A stretch of DNA of 64,000 bases from Rebecca billardiae RCC1528 (lineage: Eukaryota > Protista > Haptophyta). The first letter of the stretch is position 1; each line of letters starts with the position of its first letter. Below are positions 34,893-44,548 of this stretch, piece by piece. The DNA is taken from contig OZ251225.1 of NCBI GenBank assembly GCA_965240325.2, positions 3,906,001 to 3,970,000 of the forward strand, in the 5' to 3' direction. The position numbers were made by a program, and so were the translations under genes. The notes under the pieces are model-generated. The model was not told the origin of the DNA and did no database searches. It worked only from the letters and a program-made list of their open reading frames with translations.

Positions 34893-36012
34893 GCTGGGCG
34901 CGGCCGCGCACCCGCCGCCGCCGGCCGGCCGGCCGGCCGCGCACGCCGCCGGCCGAGCCGGCCGGAGGGCCGCGCGCGCCCGGCGCGTGCGCGGAGGCGC
35001 GTGCGCGCTCGGCTCCGCGCCGCAGCGCCGCGCCCGCCAGTTGTTTGCGCGTGTGCGGGCGAGCGCGCCGCCGCCGCGCGCGCGCGCCCCCCATCCGCGC
35101 CCCTCCCGCGCGCGCGCCGCCGCGTCCGCCGCCGGCGCACTGCGCGGCACCGCCGCTCCCACCTCCGCCCAGCGCGCCGCCGGCGCCGGCCGCCGCCGAG
35201 ATACCGCCCGAGATACCGCCCGCGCACACCCAGCCACCGGCGCGGGCGCACCGCCGGCGCGGCTCTGCAGGGCGAGCCCCCTCGCCGCCGCTGCCGAGCG
35301 GCTGCCGCGCGGCTCCGCCGCTCGCGCCCATCCCGCCATCCGCGCCGCCCCCCCGCTCTCGCCCCGCACGCCGCACGCGGCACTCCACAGCGGCGGCGCC
35401 GCTCCTCCGCTGCCCCGCCGCTGCTGCTGCTGCTGCCCCGCGCTCCGCCGCTCACGTCGCGCAGCGGCCGCACCGCGGGCACGTCGGCGGCTCGGTCGGG
35501 CGCGCGGAGCGTGATCGGCGCGGGGCCGGGCGCGGCTGCGTGGCTCCGCGAGTGTTGGGGGTGGGTCGCGCGAGTGGCGGTCTCGACAGCGGCGCCAGGT
35601 GCGGGCACGCGCGGCGCCGAGCTGGGGGGGCGCACGCGTGCTCCGTGCACACGACGTGGCCACACTGTACACACTTGCTGAGTGTACACTGTACACGGGC
35701 AGGCACACGTCCCCTTTCCAAGCCGACGATGGGCGAACGACACTGCTCCGTGGCGTTCACATGACGAGGTACGTGCCGACGCTACTGGTAGAGGGCAGCA
35801 GACGAGGCCGGAGTCCGGACTCGCTGCGTGCGACGACGGCGCGCGCATGGAACGCATGCAGTTAAGTACGCGGGCGCTGGGAGTGGCCAGTGTGAGTGGC
35901 TAGTGGCCCAGTGTGAGTGGGCCGCCTCGACAGGGCAGGCCGCGCTCGTCAGTCAGTCTCTCCGACTCCCGGTCCGAGAAGTGCCCGGTACGGGCACTGC
36001 GGCGCGATATCA

Positions 36013-38456
36013 TTAAGTAGCTGAGCCAGCACTATACCAGGTGGAGAAGTCATGTGCGTGAGTCGGCGGTCTGACGCCGGCCGCGCCTTAGACCGCTCTA
36101 CCCGGTCTCCAATTGATTTCAGGGTCAAGTTGTCGAACACACGCAACCGTACGCCCCGCGATTGGGGCTTATGGTCATTTTTGAGCCTAGACTTCTCAGC
36201 GGCTTCTTATGTTGTACCGGTTGGACGCTTGCATGCTTCCCTAATCGTGCCGAATCATCGGCGGAATCTTGGGGGCCTCCATCATCCGCAAAACGAGTTC
36301 GTCCATAGGGCTATTCAGGGTCGGTGTACTAGTTCCTCTCAACGCATTCAGGCTGCGCGGTGTGTTTGCGCTAACCTGATTGGCCCGAGGAAACCCATGT
36401 TTTCAGTTTCACCGCTGTTCTCGCCCTCGCCGCAAGCCGCTCGAGAGAGGGCGGGGCCGCAGCTGAGTCCGCTGACGAAAAGGCGGCCCGCTGCCGCGGC
36501 GCCTCACCGCCAGGCCGCCTGGCACTAGCGTGAGGGTCAAGCCAGTCTGAGCAGCTCAGCTGGGCTGAGCAGGGCATCTTGCGGCTATGCACCGACGCAC
36601 GCTTGCTGATGGCTCACGTCTGCACGGCAGCCGCTGACGCGCCGGCGGCGGGAGCCGCCGCAAAGAGGTCGGCATCGACCGTCACGACTTTGAAGCGGCG
36701 GTTGAGCGCACGCTGCTGCTCGAGGTTGCGACCGGGCGGGAAGATGTGCTCGTAGGGGTACTGCATGGCCAGATTTGTCGTGAACACGCGTGGCATGTCT
36801 GCGGGGATCTTGGCATTCGTGTAGCGCGTGTGCACCGATCGCTCGTAGTTGGGGTCGAGCATCTTGATCACGGCCTTGGCCGTCATGTGCGTGAAATCCA
36901 TGTCGTCGAAGACGATACCGTCGTTGCGAGCCGTCAAATCCTTCAGGTCGTCCATCTCGGACACGAGAAGAGGGTTCTCGAAGTGCGACAGCCCGAACTC
37001 CGTCTTGCCGTGGCCGGATCCACCTGCGAGCACGACAGCCATCCCATCAGAGAGGTCGAGCGGCAGTCGCGCAAACGAGCTCATGGCGAAGCGCGGCGTG
37101 ACGCCGCTGCCGTGTCGGTGGCGGATCATGGCGAGCACGGCATGGCCGTAGCGGTAGTAGATCGACGGGTGCTCGCACTGCAAGATGTCCGCTGCCTCGT
37201 CTGCAGACTGTGCTGCGTGCAGCGCGCGCGCCCAGTCGACGCCGCACACGTCGAGCGGCTCTGGGATGGTTGCCCAGTTGGCGCTGATGATGAAGTTGGA
37301 CGGCCCCTCCTTCTGGCAGTAGTGGATGCACTTCGCCAGGTCACGCTTCGTCGGGCCCATCGGCTCGTGGTACGCTCGCAGCGTGCCCCAGCCCTGGAGG
37401 GGGAGGTCAAAGGCTGTGACCAGGCAGTCCGTCTTCATCTCCGATCCGATGACGGCGTGGAAGTGCCAAGCGCGGCTAGGGTCGTTGGGGTGCTCGTGCG
37501 GCTCCTTGCAGACGACGAACTCCTTCTGTTTGCCCCTCAATGGCGCCAGCAAGTGTGTCGCCACTGCAGGAAGGTTGGAAAGGAGAGGATGGTTGTTGGG
37601 CACTGCAGAGATGGTCAGGTAGATGTTGCGCCGGCAAATGCGACCGCCCCGGTTGCGCAACGATGCTGCCGATGGTTGCGAGGCGAATGGCGCTGGTCGC
37701 GGCGCATTCGTGCGGGCCGACTGGCCCGAAGGGAGACCGTTGGGCATGGTGAACCCAACCGGCACTCCGACCACCACCGGGTACGCGATCGTGTGAGCCA
37801 TCGACGCTGCGTTTTGCCAGCTGCTGCCCTAGTCCACTTGTCGTCTGAAACGCTCACGATCATACACGGATGTGCGGCGGGCTTGCGGCGGGCGGGGTAC
37901 GGAAGGCCAATAGTGGCGTCGAGGGTGCCGTCTCTAGTGAATGATATGTGCCCGCCGGCCGCCGGCGTAACTAAGTAGGGACTAGCACTTCTTGACTTGG
38001 CGGAGTGGCGGACACATACAGCTTGATGCTATTGCTACTTGCATGATTATGGCCGGTCTGCCGTCGAGCGAGCGTGCGCAACTAAACTGCATAGGTAGCT
38101 CACCCACCGCCGGCCCGCCACAGACTGTACCGTACCCCACCGACAAAACCGCTTCGCCGCCCGCCCCAACCGCGCGCGCGCCGTGGAACGGCATCCATGA
38201 CCTTTTGGTTCGGAACGAGCGGACCAGAATGGAATCCGTCTCGTCTGGAGAAAGCGCTCGCTTTCAATCAAAAACTTTCGGCGGATTCGCTTTTGGACGC
38301 TCGCTGACGAGGCAGATTATCATGGACCCAAGAGGGCTTGTGGGCGCTCAGGATTCAGATAGTATGACTGCGTACCCAAGATCTTGCGTGTGCGTATGTC
38401 CGAAAAGGACATGGTTCACGTGTTCCGAGTAATCACCCACCCGCGTGTCCTTAAGT
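36013..38456. mobile_element. Putative integrated rolling-circle element or endogenous viral element (boundaries tentative)
   Basis: Visibly lower-GC island around rep, bracketed by TTAAGT at 36013-36018 and 38451-38456; no TIRs seen. Confidence 0.5.
36614..37801 (-). CDS. rep: CRESS-DNA-virus-type replication initiator (HUH endonuclease + SF3 helicase)
   Basis: RCR motif I IYLTI, motif II WHFHAVI, motif III YCQKE; Walker A GGSGHGKT, Walker B IVFDDM, motif C VFTTN, Arg finger ALNRRF; correct order, intronless, no internal stop. Confidence 0.93.
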   Translation of the reverse strand: MAHTIAYPVVVGVPVGFTMPNGLPSGQSARTNAPRPAPFASQPSAASLRNRGGRICRRNIYLTISAVPNNHPLLSNLPAVATHLLAPLRGKQKEFVVCKEPHEHPNDPSRAWHFHAVIGSEMKTDCLVTAFDLPLQGWGTLRAYHEPMGPTKRDLAKCIHYCQKEGPSNFIISANWATIPEPLDVCGVDWARALHAAQSADEAADILQCEHPSIYYRYGHAVLAMIRHRHGSGVTPRFAMSSFARLPLDLSDGMAVVLAGGSGHGKTEFGLSHFENPLLVSEMDDLKDLTARNDGIVFDDMDFTHMTAKAVIKMLDPNYERSVHTRYTNAKIPADMPRVFTTNLAMQYPYEHIFPPGRNLEQQRALNRRFKVVTVDADLFAAAPAAGASAAAVQT

Positions 38457-38623
38457 GAAAGGCGGCCCCCCGGATGGTGTTTCCCTAAAGCGCGGCTGCC
38501 GGTTCAGGCAGGGCGTGCGGCCACCTGGTAGTCGTCCGGGACGCAAGCCTTGCACGGGCTTGCAAGTTGCATGTGCCGCGCCCGCCGCCTGGCCGATCGG
38601 ACTGCTCGGAGGCGGCGCATAAT

Positions 38624-38626
<3 letters not shown>

Positions 38627-38704
<78 letters not shown>
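38627..38704. repeat. (AT)n microsatellite
   Basis: Pure AT dinucleotide run of about 78 bp. Confidence 0.97.
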
Positions 38705-38714
<10 letters not shown>

Positions 38715-39543
38715 GATAAAGTCGTCCGATAGGTAGTCTATAGCGGCGGCCGGTGGCTCGGGGCACGGTGGCACCCTCCGCGCCACGCCGGCGCCGCCGG
38801 CGCCGCCGGCCGCCCCGGGGGCCGCACCCCGGGCCCGGGGGCCGTACCGCCGCGCGGGCCGGGTGGCCGGCGCCACTGAGTAGTTCACTTAGCCCCCGGC
38901 GGGCCCCGTCACCGCACCGAGTCCACTCTGTCTCAGGCCTAGTGCCCACCCCCTGTCACTCCGCGTTACTCATCAATACGTACTCGTGGCACTCTCGGCG
39001 CCCTCCACAGGCAGGCGGCACGGCCGTGTGCCGGCAGTCCGCGCGCCCCGCGCCGTGCCGGGAGTGCTCGGCCGCGTCCGGGCGAGCCCGGAGCCGAGCA
39101 GTAGTCGGTATCGGCGACTACTCGGTCTTGGTCTCAGACCGCGAAGGGGCGGGCGATATACGAGGACCGCGGCGGCCCGCAGCAACAGCATCATGATTCA
39201 TTTGGCCGGCGCCCGAACATGAGGGCGTTGCCATCGTGTGGCGGCCGCCGGCGGGATTCATCGGTCGTCATTTACTACTACAAGAGATACATACTCTTTG
39301 ATCATTGGCCGTAAAGTACTTTACAGTACTGCTCTTATTATTCTGAGTAAACTGTACTCATTCGCCGTGAATCATTGGTCAATCTGACGACCATCTGGCG
39401 CTCAAGATCAGAGCGCGGCGGATATTAATCAACCTCGAGCTATGTAGCGCATCAACGCTCCCGAAGGAATCCTTCTCGCAAAGCCACCTTCCACGTGCGA
39501 GGTGGCGGTCGGCGTTCCGGACACGCGGCTGCCCGTCGGCGCG

Positions 39544-41467
39544 ATGCCGCAGGTCGCGCCAACCCCGGGCTCGCCCTCGCGCGCACAAGTGGTCGCGATG
39601 CGCGGCGTCGATCGCGCCGCGCCCAGCCAGGGCAACTCGCACACGACGTGCTGCGACGAGACGCGCGGCTGCCTCGGCGGCGAGATGGACGCGGCGGTGA
39701 TCTACTCCGAGTCCGGGCACGTCGCGCAGTACGACGTCGGCCGGCTGTACCGGCTGGGCTTCCTGCGATTCCTCCGCGGCACCGTCTTCGACGACCCGTT
39801 CATCTGGCTGCAGCTCCTCTTCGTGCTCGCCACTTCGGCGGCGATCGGCGTCGCCCTCGCGCTCGCGGCGGTCGAGGAGGAGACGGCGCGCGCGCACGTC
39901 GAGCGGCTGCGCATCATCTCGCTCTCGATGCAGGGTCTCTCGGCGTTCTTCCTCGGCCTCTTCGTCTCGATCGTCATCGTCACGTGGAAGGACGTGCGGT
40001 ACGGCGCCATCGGCAAGCTGTTTGGTGCAACCATCAACATTGCGACCGTCGCGGGTTACGCGTTCGCGGGCAGCTCGATGCGGCTCAAGGCGCTGCGCAT
40101 GCGCGTGATGCGCTACCTGCTGCTCGCGTTCACGCTGATGTGCATGGAGGCGCGAAATGAGGTGCGCGTCGCCGAGCTCGTCGAGGCCAAGCTCATCACC
40201 CTGGCCGAGGTGTCCATCTTGAAGGGCGTGCCGACCAAGGCGCAGGCGGTGTACGCGTGGACGGTCGCGCTCGTGCTCGGCGCGCAGGACGCGGGGCTGG
40301 GCAAGTGCCTGGGCACGGACCGCCGGCTGTTCATCGAGCAGATCTTCCGCGCGCGCGGCATGGTGGGCGACGCCCACATGTACGTCAGCAACCAGCTGCC
40401 ACTGCCGTGAGTGCCGCCACCGCCGCCGCCGTCGCCTCGCCTCGCCGCGCTGGCTGCGCCGCCGCGCGCTTGCTGACGCGCGACCCGCCCCGCCCCGCCC
40501 GCGGCGGCGCAGGTACACTGCGCTGATCGCGATCGTGGTGAAGCTCACGCTGGTCGTCGAGACGCTGCGCGGCGGCGCCGAGCTGTACGTCGCCTCCTTC
40601 GACGACCGCTGGGAGATGCTGAGCTCCGCGCTCACGCTCGTGCTTCTGTGCGTCGTGTACCAGGGCTGCCTCAACCTGCACCTGGTGCTCGACAACCCGT
40701 TCGGGCACGACACGGCGGACTTCCCGCAGTCCAAGCTGTTCCGCTCGCTCGCCTCCGCCGTGCACACGCAGCTCGCCTCGCCCACGATGGCCGCGCACAT
40801 CGCCGCGGAGATCACCGACCTGAGCTCGGCCGTCGAGCCGACGGCCACGCCGGCAGCCACCCCCGGCCGGCTGAAGAAGATGATGCCCGCCCTCTTCGAG
40901 CGGAGGCGCGCGTCGAGCGACGCGCTGTGGGAGGGGATCGCCGCGCTGGAGACCGCCGTCGAGATGAGCGCCGCCGGCGCGCAGCAGCTCTCCGACGACG
41001 ACGCCACCGCCTCCGAGCAGATTCTCGCCGTGCCGGGGCCGCAGCTCGGCTGGCCGGAGTCGATGCCGACGCCAAACCCGGCGTCGCCGCCGCGGCGGCA
41101 GCAGCGCGCGAGCCGTCCGCTCGCGCGGACGCCGAGCCGCGCGGCGCGCTTCAGCGGGGCGCGCGGTGACGGGCTGCTCCAGCCGCCCGCGGGCAGCGTC
41201 GGCGAGAGGGCTACCGACCGCGCGGACGCCGCGCCCGCCGACGCACGCGTGAGCCTCGGCAGCGACGGCAGCGACGCGGCAATCGCTAGCCTGCGGCCCC
41301 GCGCCAGCCCCGCCCAAGGCGGGAGCGGCCGCAGCCTGCGGGGGCCCGCCGCACTGCAGGCGCCGTGCGCGGAAGGCATCAGACCCGAGCGCGCGTCGGC
41401 GTCGTCGTCGTGCTGCGGCGAGTCGTCGGCGGTCGCGCCGCCCGAACCCCTACCCTCGGCCCAGTAG
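39544..41467 (+). CDS. Bestrophin-family anion channel, two exons
   Basis: Four hydrophobic segments; SAFFLGLFVSIVIVTW; QLPLP|YTALI across the intron at 40407-40512; LDNPFGHDTADFP matches the bestrophin NPFGxDxxDF loop. Confidence 0.85.
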
Positions 41468-42780
41468 GAGTAGCAGCAGCGCGGGAGGCGGCTGGTCGCG
41501 GACGAGCCGTGCTGCTGACGATCGATATACTGCTTATTCTCTCTCTCTCGAGATCTCTCTCTCTCTCTCTCTCTCTACGCGTACCGTACTACGCGGATTT
41601 ACTGCTTTGATGAGCATCAGCAGATACTATTATATATATATGTGGTGTTATTGGCACAATAATCGATTCGGTGTCCGCTGGCGAGAAGTACGTGGCCATA
41701 CTACCCGCCGATCGACTTTGCCCTGCCCGCTGCGTCGTACTAAGCTTCAGGGCCACGATCCAATTGGCTATATTATCGACCTCGACGCACCGTCGCCCGC
41801 TTGCTGCAGCCCCTTGCCTCGGCACCCCGCGCCTCCAGCTGAGCCGGCCTCGACCGCTGCGGTGAAGCGCGCTACACCTGCTCGACTACAGCACGGCATT
41901 GATACAAACGATTCATCGTTCTGGCGGAGCAACCACCACAAGCGCGCTCACCATTCCCGCCATAATAAGCATCATACACGCCTCTATGATGCATCATTCC
42001 ATCAATGACGACGAACTCGGTCGCCCAGCAATATTCCAGCTCATCGATTGGCTTTCTCATCTGCTACAGCCGGTCGATCATCGACATTCACATTGATGGG
42101 GGTACCTGGAGTACAAATGGCCGGCAGCGGTCGTATTCATCTTCTATGCTTATTGGACGGTGACAAAGCTGCAGTATGCCAGCCGTGTCCGCTCATCAAG
42201 GAGGCTCATCCAAGTTACCGCAGATTCGATCTCGGTGACACGCGCACGCTGCTCGGGCAAGCCAGCTGCCAGATTCCCTCTCCCAAGCCCTCTGGCCAGC
42301 TGTCAGCTGCGTGCTCGGTTTCGCAGCAGCTGCCCTCGTGCCAAGTGCTCGCATATATATATATATATCGCCATTTATCGGCGGCGGACCGACGATATGA
42401 CTCCGCCGATGCCATCCGATATATATATTTAACGACGTGGCAGCATCGGACAAGCGTCAGGCTCAGAGTGCAACAGACACATAGAATGCGGAGTCCGCGC
42501 CTATATATATATGCTGTATGTACGATATATGCGCGCTGATGTGCTGCCGATGTCGTCATCGTGATGCGCTGATATCGGGCATGCACGCACCACGGCCCCG
42601 GGCCGCACGCCTCCCTCTCAGAGTCAGATCATCCGCGTCCACGAGTTCCGTGACGTTGTTTGTACGCGAGTGTCACTACGCGTATAGCAGCGGTATAGCC
42701 CGCCGTACTGCCGCCCGACTGGCGACTGGCTGCTGACCCGAGCGCCCGTGCGCGCGGACGAGCCCCGCAGCAGTTGCTCA

Positions 42781-44409
42781 TCAGCGCGCATGGTTCGAGA
42801 AGAAAGGGCGGAAGATGCGCTCTGGACAGGGCGCGTTCTCCTCCTCGTGCGCTCCCGCGTGGGGCTGCTTGATGCGCTTGCACTTGCCGGGCGCGATCAT
42901 CTGCACGACCACTGCGTCTCGCGCTGCGGAAGCATCCTCCCACGCGATCCGATGCAAGGCGTTCGTGTCGAGGATGAAGCCCCCACCGCGCCAGCCGGAC
43001 ATGCGCTCAACGCGCTGGCCATGCTTTCGAGAGATCCATTCGTCGCTGAAGCGCGTGTCGAGCGTGCACGCGCTCGAGAAATAATCGGTGTTGTGACTAC
43101 CGCGCACGACGCGCGTCGCCCGTCCTTTCACAGCCGGCACGTCGTGCAGGAAGAGGTAGAGCTTGAGCTGTCGCCCATTGCCGTCGTGGTGGTAGAAGTT
43201 GTCCACGAGCTGCTGTTCGCCGTTCAGCGTGGCTCCGATCCGGCTCGCCGCCCAGTAGAAGTCGCTGTCCACGCTCGGCGCAGTATCGAGGTGCGGCGAC
43301 AGATAGGCGTGCGCGGCGCGCAACAGGCTCGCGTCGCTGAAGAGACGGCGCAGCGGGGCTTCGAGCTCCCGCGGCGAGGCGAGCCACGTGTGCTGGTCCG
43401 GATGAGCGCTCGCCTGCTCATCGAGGGCCGCCGCTGCGACCTCAGCGATGTCGTCCACGAGGTTGATGCCGCCGGAGAAGGTGTCCACCTGGACGAAGCC
43501 GTCACGGCTGAGCGACGCGTAGAGCTCCTTCGCGCGCCGATCGTCGCCGAGCGCGGAAGCAAGCTGGCTTTTGGTGGGGAAGCGCGCTGGCGTATCCTCG
43601 TCGAAGAAGCGCCGGTTGAACTCGCCCGTGAAGGCCATGCCAGCGGAGCACTCGCCGGCCCCCTCCATTGCGCCGGCTGCCTCCCAGTCGGTGCGGCCCA
43701 GGTAGAGCATACGTAGGGCTTCGATGCGAACGTCCGCGTTGAGCTCGCGGATGGGCAGCTCGGGCGCGCTCTCCCGCAGCCCGCTGTGCAGCGCGCTCAT
43801 GTCGACGCCGTAAGGGTACAGCTTCGTGCCCACCGCGAGCGCCTGCAGCGCGCGCTGCCCAAGCTCACGCTTTTCTGTCCCACTGTACAGGTCGGTGCAC
43901 AGCTGGCGCCGGCGCTCGGTGCTGACCTGACGCATGATGGCGCGGTTCCGACGCTGCGGAGGCAACGGAACCGCCTGCTGCTGGTGCATCGTCGCATTCG
44001 CACGCGCTACGAGCCCGCGGATGAAGCCGGCGGCTGGCTTCACGGCGGCGCCCGACGTCGAGGAGCTCGCCTGCTGCTTGGCGGCGCGGTCGACTGCGGG
44101 CACCGTGTCGGGGAACGCCATGGGGGCATTCTCGGCGTAGGGATTGAGCACCAGCGGCATGATTTCCGTGCGGGAGGCCAGCAGGTTCGCGCAGGTACCG
44201 TCGGCAGCCGTGGAGCCCCGAGCTTGCGCTCGCGCGGATCGCTGCTGGTTCTGCGCCTGTCCGCGCTCCCGGCTCGGCCGGCCTCTGCCCCACTGCCGGA
44301 GCTGCGCGTGGGCTCCTCCCACGACGAGCGCGAGATGGACTAGCACGCGAGTCCTCGCCGAGCGCGCACTCGTGGGCCCGTGAGCAGCCGTCGCGCGGCG
44401 AGTCGCCAT
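42781..44409 (-). CDS. PhyH-like Fe(II)/2-oxoglutarate dioxygenase with an N-terminal signal/anchor
   Basis: RDGFV, FYHHD (HxD), LKLYLFLHDV, TRVVRGSH, distal DTNALHR and a downstream Arg. Confidence 0.8.
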   Translation of the reverse strand: MATRRATAAHGPTSARSARTRVLVHLALVVGGAHAQLRQWGRGRPSRERGQAQNQQRSARAQARGSTAADGTCANLLASRTEIMPLVLNPYAENAPMAFPDTVPAVDRAAKQQASSSTSGAAVKPAAGFIRGLVARANATMHQQQAVPLPPQRRNRAIMRQVSTERRRQLCTDLYSGTEKRELGQRALQALAVGTKLYPYGVDMSALHSGLRESAPELPIRELNADVRIEALRMLYLGRTDWEAAGAMEGAGECSAGMAFTGEFNRRFFDEDTPARFPTKSQLASALGDDRRAKELYASLSRDGFVQVDTFSGGINLVDDIAEVAAAALDEQASAHPDQHTWLASPRELEAPLRRLFSDASLLRAAHAYLSPHLDTAPSVDSDFYWAASRIGATLNGEQQLVDNFYHHDGNGRQLKLYLFLHDVPAVKGRATRVVRGSHNTDYFSSACTLDTRFSDEWISRKHGQRVERMSGWRGGGFILDTNALHRIAWEDASAARDAVVVQMIAPGKCKRIKQPHAGAHEEENAPCPERIFRPFFSNHAR

Positions 44410-44548
44410 CGCCGCGGCCCGCGCGGTTCGCCGCGTTTGCACCTGGGTCCACCCGCAGGATGCTCCGATGCAAATGATGCTGAGGCTTGCTGACGACGAA
44501 ACCGTGAAAAAGTCCGGCACCGGAACCCCGGAACGGAAAGGAAGAACG

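Noticed and set aside
36052-36528. ORF convergent with rep as a possible capsid
   Set aside because: 158 aa with no Arg/Lys-rich arm or beta-rich jelly-roll character that I can recognise; ORF 37992-38432 likewise.
36746-37978. 410-aa ORF antisense to rep
   Set aside because: Shadow frame expected from GC3-rich codons; no motifs.
38396-38412. GAAAAGGAC shared between the Rep island and the palindrome inner ends
   Set aside because: A 9-bp match with no flanking similarity is too weak to link the two elements.
38451-38949. ORFs with long YI repeats (also near 48400-49500)
   Set aside because: Translations of (TA)n microsatellites.
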